From Acidobacteriota bacterium (GTDB taxonomy: Bacteria > Acidobacteriota > UBA6911 > JACQSX01), in NCBI GenBank assembly GCA_036507075.1, contig DASXQR010000187.1:12519-76518 (forward strand): 64,000 bases of DNA, in the 5' to 3' direction. The notes beneath the pieces are model-generated. The model saw only the letters and a list, made by a program, of their open reading frames with translations, was not told the DNA's origin and made no database searches. The position numbers were made by a program, and so were the translations under genes. This document shows positions 1-8,883 of the stretch, piece by piece (the stretch's first letter is position 1; every line of letters begins with the position of its first letter).

Positions 1-920
1 ACGACAAAGCGGCTGCCGTCGGGAACCAGAGCACTGTCAAACGTGTCGATTCCGACAGGAAGGCGCTTCAGAACGCTGCCCGTTTTAGTATCGAAGATGT
101 ACACGACATCCACGCTCAGCAGACCCTTGTTCCCGTCGTCTGACACAATCCCTTTGCTGTCGTCCAGGGTCAGGGCCACTCTGTGAGTCCCCAAAAAATC
201 GTGAACTTCGGTTGGGGCTACAGAGGCGCGCAATTTGAAGCCGGACACTTCAATGATGGAAATCGAATCCTTGGTGGTGCTGAACTGCTGATCGGAGACG
301 TTTACCGACGTGAAGAATGATCCATCGTGCGCCATGGTCAGCGACACGGGCCGCGTTCCCGTCGGCAGCTTGAGACGCGCCGCTTCTGTCCCTTCCGGAA
401 TGTTCAGACGGAGGATTTCGTCCGATCCCGTCGATGCTACAAATCCAGATTTACCGTCCGGCGTAAAAACCATGTTGCTGCCAAGGCTGAAGTCAACCTT
501 GACGGGTGTTACCGTTCTTACGGCAAGCGTTTCCACATCAATGAAGGAAATACTCCCGAGGTTCTGGCTTGCGGTTAACTTGTCGGCAAGATGTGTATTC
601 ACCACGGCTATGGTCTTGCCGTCGGGCGTCAGCGACAAAGACGCCGGGTTTTTTCCCACCGCCAGCGTCGCAATGGGTTCCATAGTCTCGGCGTTGAAGA
701 CTTCAACAGAGTCCGAGCCGGGAAAATTCACGAATGCTTTTTTGCCGTCAGGCGAAAAGACAATGGAGGGTGAATAGAAATTGTCGGTCAGGACCGTGTT
801 GGTGTCAAACTTCAGGGTAAGACCGGCGGCAGAGGGATCGAAGGTTGACGCCACCCTGTCGGCATGAGCAAAAACCGCCAAAGATGCCAGCAGAAACAGG
901 GAGACAAAAAAACATTTCAT
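1..920 (-). CDS. Secreted beta-propeller repeat protein (YVTN/YncE-like), partial, runs off left edge
   Basis: Manual translation from ATG at 920: MKCFFVSLFLLASLAVFAHA signal peptide, then repeats such as IVFSPDGKKAFV and AVGKNPASLSLTPDGK; absent from ORF track because no stop in window. Confidence 0.75.
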   Translation of the reverse strand, partial: MKCFFVSLFLLASLAVFAHADRVASTFDPSAAGLTLKFDTNTVLTDNFYSPSIVFSPDGKKAFVNFPGSDSVEVFNAETMEPIATLAVGKNPASLSLTPDGKTIAVVNTHLADKLTASQNLGSISFIDVETLAVRTVTPVKVDFSLGSNMVFTPDGKSGFVASTGSDEILRLNIPEGTEAARLKLPTGTRPVSLTMAHDGSFFTSVNVSDQQFSTTKDSISIIEVSGFKLRASVAPTEVHDFLGTHRVALTLDDSKGIVSDDGNKGLLSVDVVYIFDTKTGSVLKRLPVGIDTFDSALVPDGSRFV

Positions 921-1002
921 GGAGACTGTATCCCTCCGGGAATTCGACAAAAACATTGATTATAAGCCACCTGAGTCTAGAACGGAAATCCTAAGGCAAG
1001 GT

Positions 1003-1287
1003 TCAAGTTTTTTGAACGAACTGAATTCGTGTCACGATCTCTTTTTCAAAGAAGCCGTTGAGCCGCCGGCGGATCTCGTCGGAAAGATTGTTCAACTCCG
1101 CGAGCCATCGTTCGTCGGACACTTGCACCAGCAGTGTGCCCTCATCAAAGCTCACCGGAAGTGAATTATTGCTGATGCGATCGCCTACCAGGGATTTCCA
1201 CTGCCCCTTGATGATCACCTCCACGACAATTGGTTGATTCTGAAAGTCTTTCGCCAGCTGCGCGAGAAAACTGCCGATAGGCTTCAT
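1003..1287 (-). CDS. DUF721/DciA-family protein
   Basis: MKPIG start with GGGAG SD; WKSLVGDRISNNSLPVSFDEGTLLVQVSDERWLAEL pattern typical of DUF721. Confidence 0.7.
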   Translation of the reverse strand: MKPIGSFLAQLAKDFQNQPIVVEVIIKGQWKSLVGDRISNNSLPVSFDEGTLLVQVSDERWLAELNNLSDEIRRRLNGFFEKEIVTRIQFVQKT

Positions 1288-1622
1288 GTTAATCTCCCAA
1301 CGACTCAATACTAGCATTTGAGAAGCGGCCAGATGTAGCCCGCCCCCGGTTCGGAGCCCGAACGCAGCCTCCAGCCACGGCTTCGCCGCGGCTGATGTAA
1401 GGAAGAAGCTCTTTTCAGAGTATGTTTGGTTTCAACGACTTGCAAGAAGAGCTTCTTAGAAGTGAGGGGCCATCCAGATCGATACTGCGGTATCCTGTAA
1501 TCCGGGCTCGTTCCTGACTAACTCCGGAGGGTCGCTCACTCCGGTCGCGCTCTGACATTTTTAGATATCCGGGCGTCTATCCGAGAGTTCTAACGGGGCT
1601 ATCATCCTCTGCCAGCCATCCA

Positions 1623-2174
1623 ATGCAAAACAACGTTGCTCTTGCGTCTCAAAGCCCTAGAAGGCTGCAGATCCTGAAGCGCTTTGGGTTTAATCCGGTT
1701 ATTGTGCAAACCACATTTCAGGAAAATCTGCTTTCTGGGGCGCTGGACGCGGAGAACTATGCGGTTTTGGCGGCGCGCAGGAAAGCTGAAGGCGCGCTCA
1801 GCGATCTTCCCATTGTTGCAGCAGACACGATTGTTGTTTTGGGTCGCACGATCTTTGGAAAACCCCCGAATGCGGACTCCGCGCGGCAGTTCCTTTCGCA
1901 CTTGTCCGGGCGCTGGCACACGGTAATCTCCGCAGTAGTACTCAAAGAGGGTGAACGGCAGGTTCAAACAGTTGACCACAGTCGCGTTCTTTTCAAGGAC
2001 CTGTCGGCAACACAGATTGACCGGTACGTAGCCAGCGGCGAACCCGAGGGGAAAGCAGGCGCCTACGCCATCCAGGGTCTGGGTTCGGAGCTGATAGCCG
2101 AATTCCAAGGATCCTTCTGGAATATCGTAGGCTTTCCCATCGAGTCGTTCTTTAAGCTCTGGCAGTCCTTTTGA
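1623..2174 (+). CDS. maf: Maf family nucleotide pyrophosphatase
   Basis: LASQSPRR, AADTIV, GKP, KAGAYAIQG, NIVGFP motifs. Confidence 0.93.
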   Translation: MQNNVALASQSPRRLQILKRFGFNPVIVQTTFQENLLSGALDAENYAVLAARRKAEGALSDLPIVAADTIVVLGRTIFGKPPNADSARQFLSHLSGRWHTVISAVVLKEGERQVQTVDHSRVLFKDLSATQIDRYVASGEPEGKAGAYAIQGLGSELIAEFQGSFWNIVGFPIESFFKLWQSF

Positions 2175-2191
2175 AGAATCAAAAAGCCGGA

Positions 2192-2329
2192 ACCGCGAAG
2201 GCGCGAAAGTGCGAAATGAATAAGATCCCTTGACTAACCAAATGGCACTAAGCCCTGAAATGTCTGCGGTTCTGGCCACTCTGAAAAACTAGAGCAATTT
2301 TTGCTTTCGCGCCTTCGCGCCTTCGCGGT
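2192..2329. repeat. Inverted 9-mer tandem repeat element (ACCGCGAAGGCGCGAA type)
   Basis: accgcgaaggcgcgaaagtgcgaaa (2192-2216) pairs with tttcgcgccttcgcgccttcgcggt (2305-2329) around a unique spacer. Confidence 0.85.
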
Positions 2330-2475
2330 AGATTTTTCTACATGTTCGAAGCCCTGGTGTCCTTCTTTGTGGCCCCTGCACTTGACTCCGCTGGTTCGCC
2401 TGTATTTCAATAATGCGAATTTTTGCACAAGCCTCCGTGGGGCACTTTTTTAGGTTTTTGCGGGTTTAAGCAACG

Positions 2476-3012
2476 ATGGAACAGACGCTGCTTTTGAATG
2501 CCACTTACGAACCGCTGCAGGTTATCAACTGGAAGAGAGCTGTCACACTGCTGTTTTCCGGCAAGGCCGAAGTCCTGGCCGAATACGAAAAGGAGATCCA
2601 CAGCGTTAGTTTTTCTGTGAAACTTCCCTCGATCCTGCGGCTTTTGAAGCTGGTAAGAATCAGCCAAAAACACCAGCGGGTGAAATTCTCACGCGCCAAT
2701 ATTTATGCCCGCGATAACTATCGATGCCAGTACTGCGGAACGAAATGCCGCGCCGATGAATTAACTTTCGATCACGTGATACCGATTGTTCAGGGAGGCG
2801 GCAAGAGCTGGGATAACATCGTAACGTCCTGCATCCGCTGCAATCACAAAAAGGGTGGACGAACTCCGCAGGAAGCCGGCTTGAGATTGATCCGCCGGCC
2901 CATCGTTCCACAGTGGGTTCCCACGCGCATCATTTTCAGCATCGGCTATCGCAAAGCGCCGGACAGTTGGCGCGACTATTTGTACTGGAACGTCGAGCTC
3001 GATTCTGAATGA
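2476..3012 (+). CDS. HNH endonuclease (McrA-like)
   Basis: LLLNATYEPL, RDNYRCQYCG, TFDHVIP..GG..WDNIVTSCIRCNHKKG. Confidence 0.92.
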   Translation: MEQTLLLNATYEPLQVINWKRAVTLLFSGKAEVLAEYEKEIHSVSFSVKLPSILRLLKLVRISQKHQRVKFSRANIYARDNYRCQYCGTKCRADELTFDHVIPIVQGGGKSWDNIVTSCIRCNHKKGGRTPQEAGLRLIRRPIVPQWVPTRIIFSIGYRKAPDSWRDYLYWNVELDSE

Positions 3013-3671
3013 GCGGCCCCAGGTTGCCTGCGATCGCGGTCTTTTGCAGAACTCCGATCGCGGGCAAAGTGAAGACCCGTCTTCAACCCCCGTTGAGTCC
3101 GGAACAGGCGTTGTTGCTGCATGTTGCCTGCATTGAGGACGTGTGCGCCCACCTGCTTCCTCTGCGGCGCGATTTTGACGTTTTCATTTTTCAAAGCGAG
3201 CCGGGCAAGCTGCCGCGGGCTTGCGCCGCATTCCAGGGACGCCTTCAGCAGGGAACCGATTTGGGGGAACGGATGCTGACAGCGGTAACCTGCCTTCTCG
3301 AGGAACAGCATCCCTCCGTGTTGTTGTTTGGAACGGACCTGCCGCACCTGGATGCGAAAAACCTGTACCAGGCGCTCGAATGGCTCAGCCGCGTTGAGGT
3401 CGTCATTGGTCCCTCCAGGGACGGAGGTTATTACCTGTTGGGACTTTCCAGTTCGCTTCCATTTCTCTTCCGACGAATGGTGTGGGGAAGTGATGCAGTG
3501 CTGGCTGAGACTTTGCACAGGCTGAAGAAACATGAGTTGACTCACTACCTGATGGAAACGTGTTTCGATCTGGACCGCGCGGACGATCTGAAGCGACTCT
3601 TATCCAGCCCCGACGCGGCGCGCGCACCCAGGACCGTGGCTTTCATCGAGCAAATCAAATCTTTGCTGTAA
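3009..3671 (+). CDS. TIGR04282/DUF2064 family glycosyltransferase-like protein
   Basis: PIAGKVKTRL, QQGTDLGERM, GTDLP, GPSRDGGYYLLG, DLDRADDL motifs; ATGA overlap with HNH gene. Confidence 0.85.
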   Translation: MSGPRLPAIAVFCRTPIAGKVKTRLQPPLSPEQALLLHVACIEDVCAHLLPLRRDFDVFIFQSEPGKLPRACAAFQGRLQQGTDLGERMLTAVTCLLEEQHPSVLLFGTDLPHLDAKNLYQALEWLSRVEVVIGPSRDGGYYLLGLSSSLPFLFRRMVWGSDAVLAETLHRLKKHELTHYLMETCFDLDRADDLKRLLSSPDAARAPRTVAFIEQIKSLL

Positions 3672-3680
3672 CTTCTTTTC

Positions 3681-3748
3681 TCACCACAAAGACACAAAGG
3701 ACACAAAGCCCCTCGTCTCCCTTTGTGTCCTTTGTGTCTTTGTGGTGA
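3681..3748. repeat. Perfect 28-bp inverted repeat element (CACCACAAAG 9-mer family)
   Basis: tcaccacaaagacacaaaggacacaaag / ctttgtgtcctttgtgtctttgtggtga with 12-nt loop cccctcgtctcc. Confidence 0.92.
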
Positions 3749-3844
3749 AAAGATTCTTACTCGGATTCTGGAATTCGTGGCGGTTCAATTTTTTAACGCT
3801 TCGACTCGTGTTATATTTTCCCTCCTTTACCGGAGAAGCCGGAC

Positions 3845-6646
3845 TTGACCACTGTCGATGTAAAGCGGACCATCAATTTGCCCAAAACAGCTTTCTCAAT
3901 GAAAGCCGATCTCCCGCAGAACGAGCCCAGGATGCTCGCCCGCTGGGAAGAAATGGGGCTTTATAAAAAAATTCTGCAGTCACGACAGGGACATCCGGTG
4001 TTCATTCTGCACGATGGACCTCCCTACGCAAACGGCAACATTCATCTCGGCCACGCTCTCGACAAGATCCTGAAAGATCTGGTTGTCAAATCCAAAACAA
4101 TGGCCGGCTTTTGCGCGCCCTACGTTCCCGGATGGGATTGCCATGGTTTGCCGATTGAAATCAAGGTCGAGCACCAGCTCGGGAAGAAAAAGGCGTCCAT
4201 GAGCCCGGTTGGGATCCGCCAGGCGTGCCGAAAATACGCGGAAAAGTACGTGCAGATTCAGAAAGAGGAGTTCAAGCGTCTGGGGGTTTTCGGCGACTGG
4301 GACAACCCGTACTTGACGATGAGCTACAGCTATCAGGCGACCATTACCCGCGCATTGGGCGACTTTGTGGGGCGCGGTGGCGTCTACCGCGGTCTGAAGC
4401 CGGTGCTGTGGTGCATTCACTGTCGCACCGCGCTGGCCGAAGCGGAAGTGGAATACGAGGATCACCGGAGCCCTTCCATCTATGTGAAGTTCCCTATGGT
4501 CAGCTCCATGGCCTCGCTCAGTCCCGCAGCCTCAGAACTGCCCGCCTTTGCCGTGATTTGGACGACGACGCCCTGGACGCTTCCGGCAAACCTCGCAATT
4601 GCCGTGCATCCTGACTTCGATTATTCACTAGTCAGGACAGGAGAAGAATTGCTCTGGCTTGCCGCCGAGCGCGTGGAAGCCGTGATGAAGGAATGCCGCA
4701 TTTTGGAATGGGCAGTGCTTCTCACTGTGAAAGGGTCCGCGCTGGAAAATCTGGTCGCGCGGCATCCCTGGATCGAACGGGACTCACGGTTCATCACAGC
4801 CGATTATGTGACACTGGATCAGGGAACAGGCCTGGTTCACACAGCCCCCGGCCACGGGCAGGAGGATTATCTTTCCGGTGTGAAGCACGGACTGGAGATT
4901 TACAACCCGGTCGACGACGAAGGAAGATTCAAACCGGACGTTGATGTTTTTGGAGGCCAGCAGGTATTTGAAGCCAATCCGCATATCATCGAGCTCCTTC
5001 GCAGCAGGGGACTGCTGCTGTACGCCTCCGATTTTACGCACTCGTATCCTCATTGCTGGCGCTGCCACAACCCGGTCATCTTCCGTGCTACGCCGCAGTG
5101 GTTCATTTCGATGGATTCCAACGATTTCCGCCCCCGTGCGCTGCGCGAAGTGAAGAATATTCAGTGGATCCCTGAGTGGGGTGAGGAGCGGATCTCAAAC
5201 ATGATTTCGAGCAGACCGGACTGGTGCATTTCACGCCAGCGTATCTGGGGCGTACCGATCGCGACCTTCTACTGCGGCGCCTGCAACGAATTGCTGGTAA
5301 ACCGTGATGTAATTCATCATGTCGCCGCCATTTTTGAGCGCGAAGGCGCCGACGCCTGGTATGCCCGACCTGAATCGGAGCTTCTTCCTCCGGATACGCG
5401 CTGCGCGTGCGGCAGCGCCGAATTCCGCAAGGAATTCGACATTCTCGATGTGTGGTTTGATTCCGGTTCGAGCCATCTGGCGGTTCTGGAAGGTCGGAAG
5501 GATCTCGCCTGGCCGGCAGACATGTATCTGGAAGGCAATGATCAGTATCGCGGCTGGTTTCAGAGCTCGCTGCTGATTGGAGTGGGAGCGCGCGACGCTT
5601 CTCCATACCGCATCGTGGTCACGCACGGGATGACGCTGGACGCCGAAGGACGCGCCATGTCCAAGTCGCTCGGTACCGGCATTCCTCCGCAGGATATCAT
5701 CAAGCAGAGCGGTGCTGAGATTCTGCGACTGTGGGTGTCTTCCATAGACTATCGTGAAGACGCGCGGCTTTCCGAGGAGATTCTCTCTCGTCTTCGGGAT
5801 GCCTATCGCAAAATTCGCAACACGGCGCGTTACATTCTGGGAAACATCCACGACTTCGATTCGGAGCGTGATCGTATCGCTGCAGACGACCTGCTGGAAT
5901 TGGATCGATGGGCGCTGGCAAGCCTGTTTGAGATTTCAGAGAAGGCCGGGGCCGCCTACGAAAAATATCAGTTTCACTCCGTGTATCATCTGCTTTATCA
6001 GTTCTGCGCGGCGGACTTGTCATCTTTCTACCTGGATGTGCTCAAGGACCGCCTTTACATTTCGGCTGCCCGCTCGCAGGCAAGGCGCTCGGCGCAAACA
6101 GCGCTGTTCGAAATCCTGGATTGCCTGTGCCGGTTGATGGCGCCGCTTGTGCCGTTCACAGCCGATGAAATCTGGCGGTACTTACACCAGGGCAGGTGCG
6201 CGGAATCCGTGCACATGGCCGTGTTTCGCGACATGAGCGCGTTCGCGAATCGAACTCTGCTGCTCCGGTGGGAGACGCTCTTGCAAGTGCGCGAGGAGGT
6301 ATCAAAGAGGCTGGAAGAAGCACGGCAGGCCAAGACAATCGGAACCTCGCTCGAGGCGCAACTGGTACTGCGGTGCGGCGAGCATCGTTTCGAATACCTG
6401 AAAAGCTTTGCTTCGGATCTGCGCTACATATTCATCGTTTCTGAGGTGGCGCTGGAAAGGGCCGAGGGCCTCGGACCCGAAGACCTGGAGATCAAGGTTG
6501 AACCCGCCACCGGCGAAAAATGCGAGCGTTGCTGGAACTACTCCTCGGACGTGGGCGCCAACGACATTTACCCCACTCTCTGTTCACGCTGTGTTGCCGC
6601 TTTGAATGAGCTGGCCAAAGACGGCTTGCTCGGCCCGGTCGCATGA
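3845..6646 (+). CDS. ileS: Isoleucine--tRNA ligase
   Basis: LHDGPPYANGNIHLGH, PGWDCHGLPIE, WTTTPWTL, WCISRQR, AMSKS, C-terminal KCERCW zinc site; TTG start. Confidence 0.98.
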   Translation: MTTVDVKRTINLPKTAFSMKADLPQNEPRMLARWEEMGLYKKILQSRQGHPVFILHDGPPYANGNIHLGHALDKILKDLVVKSKTMAGFCAPYVPGWDCHGLPIEIKVEHQLGKKKASMSPVGIRQACRKYAEKYVQIQKEEFKRLGVFGDWDNPYLTMSYSYQATITRALGDFVGRGGVYRGLKPVLWCIHCRTALAEAEVEYEDHRSPSIYVKFPMVSSMASLSPAASELPAFAVIWTTTPWTLPANLAIAVHPDFDYSLVRTGEELLWLAAERVEAVMKECRILEWAVLLTVKGSALENLVARHPWIERDSRFITADYVTLDQGTGLVHTAPGHGQEDYLSGVKHGLEIYNPVDDEGRFKPDVDVFGGQQVFEANPHIIELLRSRGLLLYASDFTHSYPHCWRCHNPVIFRATPQWFISMDSNDFRPRALREVKNIQWIPEWGEERISNMISSRPDWCISRQRIWGVPIATFYCGACNELLVNRDVIHHVAAIFEREGADAWYARPESELLPPDTRCACGSAEFRKEFDILDVWFDSGSSHLAVLEGRKDLAWPADMYLEGNDQYRGWFQSSLLIGVGARDASPYRIVVTHGMTLDAEGRAMSKSLGTGIPPQDIIKQSGAEILRLWVSSIDYREDARLSEEILSRLRDAYRKIRNTARYILGNIHDFDSERDRIAADDLLELDRWALASLFEISEKAGAAYEKYQFHSVYHLLYQFCAADLSSFYLDVLKDRLYISAARSQARRSAQTALFEILDCLCRLMAPLVPFTADEIWRYLHQGRCAESVHMAVFRDMSAFANRTLLLRWETLLQVREEVSKRLEEARQAKTIGTSLEAQLVLRCGEHRFEYLKSFASDLRYIFIVSEVALERAEGLGPEDLEIKVEPATGEKCERCWNYSSDVGANDIYPTLCSRCVAALNELAKDGLLGPVA

Positions 6647-7152
6647 GACTTCCATCCGCCCTTCTCTATGGGCTGATCACGGTGGCTTTGGACCTTGGGA
6701 CCAAAAGCTGGGCCCTGCAAACTCTGCGTCTCCGCGACATCGAGGTTATTCCTTATTTCTTCCGTCTCAGCCTGGTGCATAACTACGGGATCGCGTTTGG
6801 GTTTTTCAGCTACCAGAGCAGCAGCAGGTTGAAGTCGATTCTGCTGATCTCGGTGGCTGTTCTGGCGTTGATCTCGGTGGCCGCATATGCCTTCAAACCC
6901 TCATCGCATCGCCGGCTGCAACAGCTCGCTTTAGGCCTGTTAATGGGTGGAATCCTGGGGAACCTGGCGGACCGGGCGCTGCATTCTTATGTCGTCGATT
7001 TCCTGGAGTTTAACCTCTATTTCTTCAAGTTTCCCACCTTCAATATTGCGGATTCCGGAATCACCGTCGGGGTGGGCCTGCTGCTTTTGGAAACTTTCCT
7101 GGAGAAACAGAATCCTGAAGAAGAGCGGGGGACTGATGCGGAGCCTTCTTAA
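6643..7152 (+). CDS. lspA: Lipoprotein signal peptidase II
   Basis: NYGIAFG, GGILGNLADR, VVDF, FNIAD; follows ileS. Confidence 0.95.
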   Translation: MRLPSALLYGLITVALDLGTKSWALQTLRLRDIEVIPYFFRLSLVHNYGIAFGFFSYQSSSRLKSILLISVAVLALISVAAYAFKPSSHRRLQQLALGLLMGGILGNLADRALHSYVVDFLEFNLYFFKFPTFNIADSGITVGVGLLLLETFLEKQNPEEERGTDAEPS

Positions 7153-7873
7153 ATTCACCACCAAGACACAAAGAACACTAAGATCTCTTTGGCGCTCTTT
7201 GTGCCTCGGTGGCGCTTTTTTCTTCGGAGGCACGGCGCCATTTGCCTTATTGATCCTGCTGGCTGTTCCCCCTCCGGCTGCGCAGGCGACTGGCGACCGC
7301 GTCGATCGCCTGATCGAGGCCATTCAGAACCGCTACAGCTCGATGCGCAGCTTTAGAGCTGGTTTCGTGCAGTACTACCACAGCGGTGTGAGCGAAGAGC
7401 AGGAATCGGGAATTCTTTTGATGAAAAAGCCGGGAAAAATGCGTTGGGAATACCAGGCACCCACGGTGAAGTTGTTTTTATCAGACGGCCGCAAAACCTA
7501 CTTTTATGTTCCCCGTGACCGGCAGGTAACCATCAGCACGTTGGAAACGGATTCCGCCTCCACTCCGCTTCTTTTTCTACTTGGGCAAGGGAATCTCAAA
7601 AAGGACTTTTCGGCTGCCGAAACCAGAAAGGACGCCCCCATGGCCGGCGGGGACATGGTTCTCCAACTGACAGCGGTCAGAGAGCAGACATCATTTAAGG
7701 AAGTGTTTCTGGAAGTGAAGGAAGGCAACGCCGATATCGTCCGGATCTCAGTTGTAGAACACACCGGCAATCGCAATGATTATGTCCTGAAGGGACTGCA
7801 GCCGAATGTACCGTTGGGCGACGACCAGTTCCGTTTCAAAATACCCAAGGGTGTCGAGGTAATTCAGCAGTAA
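7136..7873 (+). CDS. lolA: Outer-membrane lipoprotein carrier protein LolA
   Basis: KKPGKMRWEY, LFLSDG, TPLLFLLG, FRFKIPKGVEVI; start placed at ATG 7136 (G-rich SD), start uncertain. Confidence 0.85.
   Translation: MRSLLKFTTKTQRTLRSLWRSLCLGGAFFFGGTAPFALLILLAVPPPAAQATGDRVDRLIEAIQNRYSSMRSFRAGFVQYYHSGVSEEQESGILLMKKPGKMRWEYQAPTVKLFLSDGRKTYFYVPRDRQVTISTLETDSASTPLLFLLGQGNLKKDFSAAETRKDAPMAGGDMVLQLTAVREQTSFKEVFLEVKEGNADIVRISVVEHTGNRNDYVLKGLQPNVPLGDDQFRFKIPKGVEVIQQ
7154..7212. repeat. Degenerate CACCAC 9-mer palindromic element inside the 5' end of lolA
   Basis: ccaccaagacacaaagaacactaag pairs with ttggcgctctttgtgcctcggtgg; same family as 3681-3748. Confidence 0.75.
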
Positions 7874-7885
7874 ACACTGAAATAA

Positions 7886-8461
7886 AATCACCACAAAGAC
7901 ACATCCCGGAAAAGCCGCAACCAAGAATAGGATGTTCCCGCTTGGCAGCCTGATCGTCATATGCTGATGTGGAAAGTCACATTCCTTCACCGCAGAGGCG
8001 CAGAGAACTCAGAGGTTGCGCAGAGACATACAAACGAAACTCTGCGCATTCTCTGCGTCCTCTGCGCCTCTGCGGTGAAGGAATGCAGGTGCCAGACAAA
8101 ACTTTGTTAAAAAAGCGAGAAGTTGCCAACCTGTAACACAGCCCGGCTGTAGGCCGCAGCCAAAAAAGCCGCCCACGAGCACGATCACGTCAACGTCCAC
8201 GTCCTACGTTCACGACCACACCAACGTCCCGGGTCCACGATTACGACAACATTCAACTTCAATTCTCTGCAACCTGGGCCGCACCGGACAAGATTGTAGA
8301 TGTAATCGTAGACGTGGTCGTCGCCGTGGACGTGGGACGTTGACCTCCTCGTGCTCGTGCTCGTGAACGTGAGACGCGGTCGTTGACGTGAACGGCTTTG
8401 AAAAACTTTGCCAAAAAAACAAGAAATGCGGCTGTTCCGCCCGTGTCCTTTAGTGGTGATT
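7886..8461. mobile_element. Nested non-autonomous element: CACCACAAAG host carrying two tandem GCCGCAACCAA passengers
   Basis: Host arms 7886-7903 and 8443-8461; passenger 1 at 7904-8140 contains CGCAGAG 9-mer IR 7980-8085; passenger 2 from 8141 contains inverted CACGNN hexamer arrays. Confidence 0.7.
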
Positions 8462-8482
8462 CTTTCACCCGACCGCTAAACG

Positions 8483-8878
8483 CTAATAGATCGACCAGAC
8501 TCCGGGAGTCGCCAACTCAAGGAGGTGCTGGTCGGGATCCCGAAAATACAGGCTGCGTCCGCCGCGGTCCCACGTTTTCCGCTCTTCGATGACCACGTTA
8601 TGCTCCCGCAGCCATTTTTCCCAGGCGTCTAAATCCGCAGTGGAGATGGCAAACGCCAGGTGCAGCCTCCCGTCTCCATCGTGCGGGGTTGAAGGCAGGT
8701 TCGCCGACGCTCTCTTCTTGAACAACAGCAGGATTTGTCGATCTGTCACGCCCAGCGCGCATAGCCTCTGGTCGGAAGCAATGACCTCAAAGCCGAAAAT
8801 GTCCTGATAGAACCGGACAGATCTGTCCAGATCGTCCACGTACAGTGACGTTTCCAAAACGCCGTCCAGCTTTGGCAT
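8483..8878 (-). CDS. VOC/glyoxalase family protein
   Basis: GVLETSLYVDDL, HLAFAI, GGRSLYFRDPDQHLLELATPG. Confidence 0.9.
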   Translation of the reverse strand: MPKLDGVLETSLYVDDLDRSVRFYQDIFGFEVIASDQRLCALGVTDRQILLLFKKRASANLPSTPHDGDGRLHLAFAISTADLDAWEKWLREHNVVIEERKTWDRGGRSLYFRDPDQHLLELATPGVWSIY

Positions 8879-8883
8879 CCCTT

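Noticed and set aside
310..777. Plus-strand ORFs at the window start
   Set aside because: The credible gene is the minus-strand beta-propeller ORF (1-920) with a signal peptide.
2476..3012. HNH protein as an IscB/Cas9-like or homing nuclease
   Set aside because: 178 aa with the LLLNA.YEPL N-terminus of the common stand-alone HNH family; no RuvC or PLMP motif.
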